Part shown: in pieces, positions 53,177 through 64,000 of the stretch
Numbering within the stretch: position 1 is the stretch's first letter
Layout: each line of letters starts with the position of its first letter
Source: Ruditapes philippinarum
Lineage: Eukaryota
Reading direction: 5' to 3'
DNA length: 64,000 bases
NCBI RefSeq assembly: GCF_026571515.1
Contig: NW_026860107.1
Coordinates: forward strand, 62,001-126,000
Program-made: the position numbers and the translations under genes
Notes under the pieces: model-generated
The model's input: only the letters and a program-made list of their open reading frames with translations
What the model was told of the DNA's origin: nothing
Database searches by the model: none

Positions 53177-54750
53177 ATGCCGGTTAACTTCTTTGTTTCT
53201 ATATTTTTATTTGTGTTCCTCGTGGATATATCATGTACAGTTATAACAGGAGATACTGAGATTCTGTCGATAATAAAAGAGCTTAAAGACACAGGTATGG
53301 TTTGTGACTTTACAGATAAGTGATTCAAAAAATGATTTAAATCAATATTGTTTCCTTCCAAATCTTGCACATATCGGTATGCTTTAATCAAAAATTAAGA
53401 TTCAAAAATGTTATAAGAAGATATATCAACTTTTAATTATGAGATACGTGATTTGAGAACAAATTGTTTTGCCATCAGCAAGAAAGAGAATGCAATCTAA
53501 AAAAATATGAAAAAGAAGATTTAAAGATATGTTGTATGATATCATTAACATCATATATTTCCAGTGAAGTCGCATGAGCATGCAATCCGATCATTGAAAG
53601 AGCGTGAAGCAGAACAAGAAAATGTTATCACAATACTCAAAGACAAAGACAAGCAACAACAGGATGCTATAAACTATCTCATGAACAAGTTGATATTTAA
53701 ATCAAAACAAAATGAGCTTGCAAACCCTACAAAGAAACAAACACTGCGACAAACCACAGAGAGTAACGATAATTCTGATAAATCAGACTCATTAAGCGAT
53801 GAAAGGCAACTGAACATTCGGAAGGATGGTATAAGATCATCCAAATCCAAGTCTGAAATACTCTCAAACATTTCAAACAAGTCAGGTGAGAACAGTGCAC
53901 AGTTAACTTCGAAGCAGAAAGATGTCAATTTCAAACAGCATATATTATATCGTATCGGCAAACATATTTAAGATCATCTAAGTTGCTTTAAAAGAATTAA
54001 GTTGGCAAAATGCTTCAAACAACATCAAAGTATGTTAAACTGTTTACTGGCACCAAAACAATACGTCAACACTTAAATAACTTATATTGCGATTGAACAT
54101 GTTATCAGTATTTGTAGAATAAATTTATCAGACTTGTTCTTAAATTCTATCTTTTAAAATTTGCCTACATTTAAAAAATCACAGATAAAAACATGTGTTG
54201 TTATTTGTCCTTTTTCAATTTTCATGCATTTCACACATAAAATGATTAAAATTGCTAATTTCTGTCAAAATAATTATATAAGGTATCACATTTTTTACAT
54301 TTTATTTCCGACGATTTTAGGTCCAGCAGACAATCTATACATTCATACGTCGCTTTCCAGGCAATACTTACTGCAGCTACAATCCCAAATATTGGACTGC
54401 ATCAGAAAATTGTGTATGACTCTGTTAACCTAAATCTTGGTGGCGGCTATCATCACTTTTCAGGCATCTTCATTGCCCCTGTATCTGGCATATATCTTTT
54501 TTGTACGTCTATATTAGCAGAAGCTCATAAGAATATCGATGTAGGGATAATAAAAAATGGTAATCAGCTTGCTGGTGCTTATGGAGAATCAGGTGATGAT
54601 ACGAACTATGACCAAGGGGCTGCTTCTGTTGCCGTGCAATTAAATGTCGGTGACGAAGTGTGGGTTGAAAATCGTTGGCCAGCAGACGCAAAAATACATG
54701 GTCAAGGTTTGCATACAAGTTTTACTGGGGTTCTTGTTGTGCCAATGTGA
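53177..54750 (+). pseudogene. C1q domain-containing gene copy 4; exons open but exon-3 splice acceptor mutated (AG>CG)
   Basis: Exons 53177-53294, 53565-53885 and homologous exon 3 54311-54750. TTCCG|AC replaces TTCAG|AC at 54309-54310, and the nearest AGs are out of phase. Confidence 0.7.
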
Positions 54751-55503
54751 AATGAAACAATTAGATGATTAAATTTTGTTACTATTTCTGAATTACGTTA
54801 TATCTTACTAAATTGTACATGATTTTAATATCTAACGATTGAATGAGCTCCTCCCTTTACATTAATGGTTTATATTGTGTACACAGATTAATATGGTTTA
54901 CAAATTTAATGTTCCATTGGCAGATCATATAAATATCTCACCACGCTGAGCGAGATATGGCAAAAGGAACATAAGCATGTTATTTCAACTGAGACGTGAG
55001 GGTCATTTGGTTGTGTAATCATGTGATATTAAGAAAGATTAATATAGCAAATTAACCACGTGATGTATAACAGAATGTAGTTTCTTATAACTTAATTAAA
55101 ACTCAATGATAGAAAAAAATCTAAGAATTGTTGAAATGAAAAAAAACGCAAATATAACATGTTTTAAAAAAGTTTGTTTTAAAAAAGTTTATGAATAATA
55201 ATGTTTAACTTATCAAAATTAGGCTTAATCGATTTGTTAACAGAGAATATTTGTTGCATTAAACATATCTTATAATCTATTGCATCATAGTTGTTGACCT
55301 TTCTGTTGAAAAAGTGTCAGAGTTAAATCGTATACATATACATAACTGGAGTGCAGGTATTAGTTATCCTCACTCCAAAGCATACCCATTGATTGGCTCA
55401 TTTTTCGTTGAGGTCAATTATTGTGAAGGCAGAGATAGAAATATCATATTCATGTTACTTTTTCTGGGGTTCCATATTAAGACAACAGGGAACGTGTTTA
55501 TAT

Positions 55504-55637
55504 AATACTGTTAGTTTTGTATTTAATCATGTCTGTATCACTCACTGTTTATGTATGTATATTATATATATGTTGTAAATGTTTATGGGCCGGAGGCCTA
55601 AAGACTTATCAATAAAATATCTTGAAATCTTGAAATC
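55504..55637 (+). mobile_element. 5'-truncated non-LTR retrotransposon 3' tail (CR1/L2-like)
   Basis: Absent at the paralogous sites (~50405, ~37592). Ends in AATAAA followed by a (CTTGAAAT)2 tail; flanked by a TATAT direct repeat. Confidence 0.6.
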
Positions 55638-58600
55638 TATATTGTTGTCTATGATACAAAATAATCAAAACACTCGGCAATCTGATTTATACTCAGGGGA
55701 TACGCCCACCCGTACAAATCATATAGCCTCGTGTTTCGATGCTCTTTCTATTACTAATATTTGTTTTCTTGCTCTATATTAATGTGTATGTAATTGTCAA
55801 CAAATTAAGGGAGTAAATATACTAGTATATTATGTTGGAAAAGAATGACCATAATTATATCAGACATATCTGAAGTTTGCCTTTCATATATAATAATAAA
55901 GAACTGTATTATAATAGGTGATATTTAAAATTACACGAGCTGTAGAATTAAACATATAATGGAATTTGAGGAAACAGGAAATATATGACAGCAATTTACT
56001 GAAACACAGATTAACATTGCAAAGGCTTTATTCAAAGTTAATTATGCCTTATAAGTAACGTTTTAAACTTATGACATCTAAGACAATCTTGATATCAAAT
56101 CAGTTAATATACCACGCATTTCTTTCTTTCAATACATGATGTGCATTATAAAGGAAGACCCACGACTGAATGACAAAAAACACAAACCTACGATTACTGC
56201 ATATTTAGCATCTATATAAATTGAATGACAAAACATCAGGGATTGTTCGGTATTTAATCACCACAATCATGACAAGTATCTGCGCGACAGAACTTTATAT
56301 TGTCATATTTATTGTCAATCTTTCTTTCAAATCAATAATGTTATGTTGTTTTTTCTATGCGTAGAAAACAGAGTTTAAAATGAGAATTAGCCACCGCCAG
56401 TCGACTCATCATCAATGCAAGTACATATATATACTTAAGATGATGTAGATAACAAACATGATACTGAGTGCATGACGCACTGTACTGTATTATAATAATA
56501 TATTATGATGTCGTCGGTTGCTATCTATCTTTTACTTTTTTTTCTAAAAGTCATCCATTATTATTACATACATGATCCTTCTCGCATCTTTTGTGGGCGA
56601 TGATAAGGACCTTGTATTTAAATTTTGAAGTTAAACACTCAACAACAAAAAGTATAGTAAATAAAAAAATAACATTTCAAAGACATTATAAGTAAGAAAT
56701 ATTGGTACTAGAGATACGAATTTTTCTGACATAAGATGTGGGTGACGAAAATGAACATACATTTAAAGTTTGAAGTAAATCTTTGAAGAAATAAAGAATT
56801 TAAATTTTAACAATATTTTACTGCCCCAAAAAACTTTACAACATGGGGATGCCGGCGCCGGGGTAAGTAGAAAAGCTCTCCACATACTTAGTATATATGA
56901 GTTAAAAGAACATTATTTAAAAAAGTTGCTTTTCTTTTAACAGCATTTATTGTTTTATGGCTGAAAGATAATACATACGACGTGCATAATTCAACTTTAA
57001 AACAATGTTCAGCTTTTACACAAATATGCAAATTCAGACAATACAATTGTATTTTAATGGCATCACTATTTCTAACTTTACTTTGACTTTCGTGGACCAA
57101 CATTCCCATTAGTTGCACTTTAAAAATCACTATTTCTAACTTTACTTTGGCTTTCGTGGACCAACATTCCCATAAGTTGCACTTTTAAAATCTGACATAT
57201 TTTCCCAGTGAGGACTATCAATCTGACGAACAGGATGAAGTAGAATAGAAAGTAGAAAGGACAACTGTATTCCTATGGCGTGGCACTGGACAGACAATTA
57301 TGTTTCAATGCACGCTTCTGACATTCAAAAACTTCCCCTTGATTATTATTGTACTGGAATAACAATTATATAAGGGTATGCTGAAACAATAAGTCATTGA
57401 TAATTTGAACATTCCCTCGCAAATTTAAAGCATCTCATGATTATACCGGAGACACTACGAGTATAGAAACGTTGTCTTTTTTTCTTTTTTTTTATTGTCA
57501 AATAATTATATATTATTGTAATATATTGTAAATATTGTTCCGTCTTTGACCTGAGAAACAAGGCTTGTGTACAGTTTATATTTAAAACGCTATATTGATC
57601 ACAATTTCTAAGTTAATATTTAATATACCCTTTTACATGCAATCAAATATTTTCTGATCAAGATAAAGATATACTTTACAAGCAAATAAACTATAAAGAA
57701 CAAAGGGTCAACTTTTTCTCCCGTTAAAGCAAATAAAAGGGTAAAAAAATTTAAAAAAGAAAAGAAAAAAACCTTGATGAAAGAATTAGAATGAGAGCAT
57801 GATTTAAAGAAGTTCTTGTTTTGCTGTTAAAGAATTGTGCTCTTTTTTTGGTTCATCTCAATCAGCATTTTGATATTACTAACTGGTCACCATCTATGAC
57901 AAAGACATGTCCCACGTTGTGACGACATGGTCCTGTTAGGGTTCAAATGACCATGTACATTTAAGTTAAAATGTCAGATTCAAGCTGCTTTGTCATATCT
58001 TAGACAAAACTTAACTCATGGTTTTCAGACTGAAAATAAACGTCATCGCTTGTGAGAAACGACGTTAAAAAGGAAAAAAACAAATGTTTCTCAACACTTG
58101 ATTAGATTTTTTTTTCAACTTAAAAGTTTCTTAATTCAACGTCAAAATTAAAAAGGTAATAAAATGAACCAATACAATTTTATCAAACACTTCTCTAATA
58201 CATTTTTTTAAAATTGTCACCAATTTTATCTTGTTACAACAGCAATTCATCCACGTGAAAATTTAATTAAAAAGATTGAGGACTTAAAAGATTGATACAT
58301 GTAATTCTCCATATTAACTGGTTACCGGTCATATTAGCCCGTATAATTCATCTAATATTGCACCCCCATAGCTTTGTTTTTTGTGTGTTCTTGGAAAACT
58401 ATTTCTACGAAAATTTGTTATTTTTTTACCTTGTTTTCTTTTAATTCATATCCCAGTTTGTTGACAATAGAAGACAAAATAAGGATTGGTCGAAACATAC
58501 ATATTTATAATTAAAACAAGTACTAGCAATCGAGGGAATTTCGGTGGGGTGGGGCGGTAGGGCCGACGGAACCTTACGAAATAATGTTGAATAAATCATG

Positions 58601-58861
58601 ACATAAAACGAAAAAAAAACAAATGCCAAAGCGATCCTTTATATTGAGATAGAAGCTTTCATGACCAACATATTACTGTTGATATAAATATATAGAAACA
58701 TACCTGACATATGAATTACCTTGGTCGGAATCTTAACTGCCCCATGTTCAAAAGGAAAATATCGAGGACTTAGTGCAAAAAGGGTTGTACCTCATATGAC
58801 ATATAGGTGGAGTAACAACCAAGTCGATATGCAAATAGATTCTTGTATTACATATTGTATT

Positions 58862-59136
58862 GGGGCATCCGTGGCCGAGTGGTTAAGGTCGTTGACTTCA
58901 AACCACTTGCCCCTCACCGCTGTGGGTTCGAATCCCGACAGGGACTTTGGATTCTTTCATGTGAGGAAGCTATCCAGCTAGCTTACGGAACGTCGTTGGT
59001 TCTACTCAGGTGCCCGTTCGTGCCTGAAATAATGCACGGAAGGGCACCTGAGGTCTTCCTCCACCAGTAAAGCTGGAACGTCGCGATATGACCTATACTG
59101 TGTCGATGTGACGTAAAACCCAAAACAAACAAACAA
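58862..59136 (+). mobile_element. Full-length tRNA-derived SINE
   Basis: A box TGGCCGAGTGG, B box GGTTCGAATCC, GC-rich body and (CAAA)n tail. TSD ACATATTGTAT at 58850-58860 and 59137-59147; empty site at ~44463-44475. Confidence 0.93.
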
Positions 59137-61893
59137 ACATATTGTATGGCATGATGAAATGTGGAAAAAATATAATTTTATAATAGAGATCCTGAAAAAA
59201 GGCATTGTACAAATTAGAAGAAAAAAAACTCTTCAATACAAGTATCTTTTTCAAGAAAACATGGATCTCTTACTAATCATATCAAGACAAATTAAAATAT
59301 CATTCTTAGATTGCTTTAACAAACGTATCAGATTGAAATTGTAATAATTGTATTTGACCAAATATATAATAGAAACAAATGATAACATCATTTCGTAAAG
59401 ACAGTTACGACAACAGCAAACATGTCTGTCAAATTTTGCTTGCTGTGTTATTTTTATGTTCTGTTAACCATATATATTGTTTTTTTTATATAAAGAGTTC
59501 TTCTTTGTTTTGTGCAATGTTTGAGACGTTAAAATAGCAAAGATATGACCATTATAATGGTTGAGTTTTAGAAATTTCCTTGTTATGTCTCATTTATAGA
59601 CACAACTAAACAGTATTTGTTTTAATAAATAAAACATGAAATGATTATATTATGTTATGACATTTTACAAACATTCAACATTGAGTGACAGACAATACAA
59701 AAAAGTCTCATGCTATTATAGCATATTTGATAATATGCAAAAGCTAAAATGTTCTGAGAATTCAACTTTAACGTAAATTTGTTTTGCTTTGAAAGAATAT
59801 GTTAGTTGTTTATACACTAAAAGAATGTCTGTGAATTGTACCGAAAAGACCAAAATAAGGTTTCTCAAGACGAAGCCTGAAAGTTTACGAGAACTCAATT
59901 TCAAAATGAAATTAAGGAAAAACTTATTATAAGAAATATTTGACTTCAAATATAAGATCATTTACAAGTTTTACCTTCCTGAGCAAGTTGAATGCAATAT
60001 CGAGCAACTAATAATATCAGTGTTAGCAGTAAACTTAACTTTGTTTAAATCTTATTTCAAATGTAAAGCTGACACCCTAATACTAAATTATTGTGATAGC
60101 TTCGCAACAGATAAAGCCAGCTGCGACTTTCTTTCAGTCTCAAAAGATATCGTAAATTCAGCTTTATATCAAGTGTAGAAATTGTCCTACATTATTATAT
60201 GATTAGAGGAGAATTAAATTTTCAAAACCCTTGTATGTTGAATTATTTGTAACGCCCGATCTTTAACAATCTGTACGCATATAGCTTTTTATAACCATTT
60301 GCAACTGTTATAAGACATAAGGTCATCCTCGATTATGATGCCTAAACACAAGCTTTAAATTTTATCACTATTTAAATCTAAATGTCTGACTCTGCTAGAC
60401 ACCGCAAATTAAATGTGCAGAAAAATAATTACTTACTTTCAATAACTTTTCTTTCTTTTATTTGAAATTGTGCAGCATCGCGTGTTTAGGATTTTTTATT
60501 TTTGCACTCTGATTGATGATGATTTGCTTCATTTTGAGGGATTCCATTCATTTAGGAACGGAAGTGAAATGTTGGCTGATTCTTTTTCACTTAAAACGAG
60601 ATAGATGTTTAAATGGAAATATTAATAAAGATAAACGTATAGCCTTATGAAAATAACATGAGCTGCAAATGTCTGAGTTTATTATTAAGTATCTGAGTAT
60701 TATTAAGATTCTTTTTACCATAAAGTTATAACTGTTTATAATTTGTATTATTTCAAGTTAAATCCAAGACAAAGTATCCAAAAGATTTGAAGTACATATG
60801 TTATTGTTTTTGTGTTGTTGTTTTTTTTTATCTGAAATGCCTTTTGCATAATCAAGAGAATATTGGCATTGAAAACACACTGTTGCAATAAAATAAGGCG
60901 GGTTTGAAAAAACGAATTTTTAAAGGTGTGCAAACTATAAATACATTAACTAAATGAAGAAAGTTACTGCTTACAATATGCTGATATGCCGCATGCGTAC
61001 TTAAGTATATAAATACAAAGACGTACACCAAACTTGTAATTTAGAGGTAAAATCGTTTATTTTTAATACTAAAAATTTCTTGATTATTTTAAGTAAGCGA
61101 ATAAGTCTGAAAGGCAGATAATTATAACTAGTCTGATTGTTTCAAAAATATGATTTAAAACATCAACTGAAGTTATATTGTACAATAAAGCATGATTATC
61201 CATCAGAATGCAATTATATCGTGGAATGTCGAAACGATTTCAGATATTATCGAGATATATTTGAGATATATTTTAGATATTATAAAAACTTGAATAGAAA
61301 ATAACCGTAATATTTAGAAAGACCAAAACAGACCGAAACATTGTTGAAGCACAAATAATTATTATGGTTTAAATAAATTATTGAAAAAAGAATCTTTTCC
61401 CAACGCAACACAATATCTTGAGCAGCACAGACAAAATTAAACCACAATTCCGGCAGAGAATCGATATTTTTAAGTTTGGACTGAGAATTTAAGCCATATT
61501 GGAATCAAAGTCCATATAACAGTACGATATAAACTGTTTTATCTTAGTAGGAGTATTCTTGCTTATTGAATAAAGGGGAAAATGGTATGATCTCCTATGT
61601 TGTCAACAGTCATATACGCCATTTATTCGGATGCAGATATTTATAAATTTTTGCGAGTGTAAACCATACTGTTTGCACTTTCAAGTTGACATCATATTAA
61701 TTTGATTCAATATGGTACCAACTAATGTTTAACACTACATTTAATTTTATGACACAGTTTAATATCACGACACAAGTGCATGACTCTTATCGCTGGCATA
61801 ACACATATATCTTAATATGGATACAATAACTTTATATAATCGGCAGTTTAGTCTGCACAAGGCCACTGTTAGATAATATTTAACAATTTGAAG

Positions 61894-63304
61894 ATGCCAG
61901 TTAGCTTCGTTGTTTCTATATTTCTAATTGCGTTCATCGTGGATATATCATGCACAGTAATAACAGACGATACGGAGATTCTGTCGATGATTAAAGAATT
62001 GAAAGACACAGGTATGCTATGTGACTTTACAGTTGATTGATTAAAAAAATATTTAAGTCAATATTCTTTCTTCCCAAATCTTGCACTGATCGGTATGCTT
62101 TAAATTAAATCTAAAATAAAGATTCAAAAATGTTATACGTTAAAGATATTAACAACTTTTATGATATACAGGATCTGAGACCAATTTAATTTGCCATCAG
62201 CAAGAAAGAGGATGCAATCGAAATAAATTATGAAAAATAAAGATTTAAAGATGTGTTATATAATATCATTTACATCATTTATTTCTAGTGAAGTCACATG
62301 AGCATGCTATCCGGTCACTAAAAAAGCGTGAAGCAGAACAAGATAATATTATCATAAGACTCAAAGACAAAGACAAGCAACAACAGGATGCTATTAACTA
62401 TCTCATGAACGAATTGATATTTAAATCAAAACAAAATGAGCTTGTAAACCCTCCAAAGGAACAAACACTGCGACAAACCAAAGAGCGTGAAGAAACTTCT
62501 GACATATCAGACTCATTACGCGATGAGAGTCAACTGAACATTCGGATTGACGGAGTAAGATCATACAAATCCAAGTCTGAAATAAACATTTCAAACAACG
62601 CAGGTGAGAACAATACACAGTAAACTTTGATACAGAAAGCTGTCAATTTAAAGTTAAGAGGCATGAAGATTTACAACATCTTCAATATTATCATATTTCT
62701 TCAACTTTTATATATTATGTTGTTCAGGCAAAATAATAAAGTTGGGTATAAAAAAGTTAAGTAAACAAATGCTTTAAACAACGTCACAAAAAATACAATT
62801 GCTCACTTCTGTCAAAATAATTAAGGAAGGCATCAAATTATTTCCACTTTAACTTCAGACGATTTGAGGCCCAGCAGACAATCTATACACCCAAACATCG
62901 CTTTTCAGGCAGTACTTAGTGTAACCACACTCACAAATGTTGGGCTGCATCAGAAGATTGTGTATGACTCTGTTAACCTAAATCTTGGCGGCGGCTATCA
63001 TCACCTTTCAGGCATCTTCATTGCCCCTGTATCTGGCATATATCTGTTTTGTACGTCTGTATTAGCAGAATCTCATGCCGATATCGATGTAGGAATAATA
63101 AAAAATGGTAATCAGCTAGCCGGTGCTTATGCAGGTGCAGATTCTGGTGGGAAATCGTACTATGACCAAGGCTCTGCTTCTGTTGCCGTGCAATTAAATG
63201 CCGATGACGAAGTGTGGGTTGAAAATCGTTGGCCAGCAGGCGCAAAAGTACATGGTCGAGGTTTGCATACAAGTTTTACTGGAGTTCTTGTTGTGCCAAT
63301 GTAA
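61894..63304 (+). CDS. Secreted coiled-coil C1q domain-containing protein, copy 5 (292 aa)
   Basis: Exons 61894-62011, 62289-62603 and 62859-63304 (879 nt, GT-AG, phase 1/1, no stops). Confidence 0.9.
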
Positions 63305-64000
63305 AAGGAAATAATTAGATGATTAAACTTTGTTACTAGTTCTGAATTACGTTATATCTTACTAAATTGTACATGATTTTAATATCTAACGATTGAACGA
63401 GCTCCTCCCTTTACATTAATGGTTTATATTGTGTACACAGATTAATATCGTTTACAAATTTAATGATCCTTAGGCGGATCATATAAATATCACACCACGC
63501 TGAACGAGATATGGCAAAATGAACATATGACATGTTATTTCAACTGAGACGTGAGGGTCATTTGGTTGTGTAATCATGTGATATCATAAATGGGTAATAT
63601 AGCAAATGAACCACGTGATGTATAACAAAATGTAGATTCTTATAACTTAAATAAAACTCAATGATAGAAAATAATCTAAGAATTGTTAAAATGGAAAGAA
63701 AAACGCAAATTCATCATATGTTTTAAAAAAAGTTTATGAATAATAATGTTTAAATTATCAAAATTAGGCTTTAAACTATCTCGAGCTTTACTAGTATACT
63801 TATAAAAAATAAAAAATAGTATGAACTGCATTTTAACCCATATTTACGTATCTAAAATAATATATAAAACAAATTATGAACATTGAAAATATCAATTACA
63901 ATGTACTTTTTAACATAGATAACTGAGTATGCATGAGAAATTCGTTATGTCCATGCACATGAGTTTACGAAAGAAGAAAGTTCTTGTTCTGTACTCCGTA

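Larger units (their letters stand above)
16550..64000 (+). repeat. Tandem segmental array of C1qDC gene units (ATG spacings 10.1, 16.5, 5.8 and 8.7 kb)
   Basis: Genes, introns and kilobases of 5' and 3' flank align between units; length differences are explained by insertions and deletions. The array may continue beyond the window. Confidence 0.9.

Noticed and set aside
58862-58945. Possible genuine tRNA gene
   Set aside because: It continues into a SINE body and tail, is bounded by a TSD, and is absent at the paralogous site.
21342-63272. Recurrent minus-strand ORFs over C1qDC exons (e.g. MYANLDHV..., MQDLG...)
   Set aside because: Antisense shadows of the duplicated + strand exons; their lengths and stops are not conserved.

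Overview
AT-rich eukaryotic genomic DNA, most likely from a bivalve mollusc (inferred from the secreted coiled-coil C1q-domain gene expansion and the SINE and Helentron-type repeats). From about 16.5 kb to the end, the window is a head-to-tail tandem array of five 3-exon C1q-domain-containing (C1qDC) genes on the + strand, with ATGs at 20835, 30955, 47415, 53177 and 61894. Exon 1 encodes a signal peptide, exon 2 a coiled coil and linker, and exon 3 the globular C1q domain. Four copies splice to intact 291-295 aa ORFs; copy 4 has lost its exon-3 acceptor. Differences between copies cluster in four predicted apical loops, and the copies are recombinational mosaics. The paralogous spacers provide empty sites, so many insertions can be delimited exactly: a 4.6 kb TTAA/Kolobok-type element in copy 2 intron 2, a pogo-type DD35D transposon with a 7-exon transposase, a composite piggyBac-like MITE, a tRNA-SINE, a CR1/L2-like tail, a Crypton-like element and TACATGTA-type excision footprints. 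The first 16 kb contains no supportable gene, but holds a 2 kb fold-back element (~480 bp TIRs, 5 bp TSD) and decayed repeats. Three stand-alone tRNA-like Pol III cassettes occur, two of them inside DNA transposons. All calls come from manual reading; no database searches were run.
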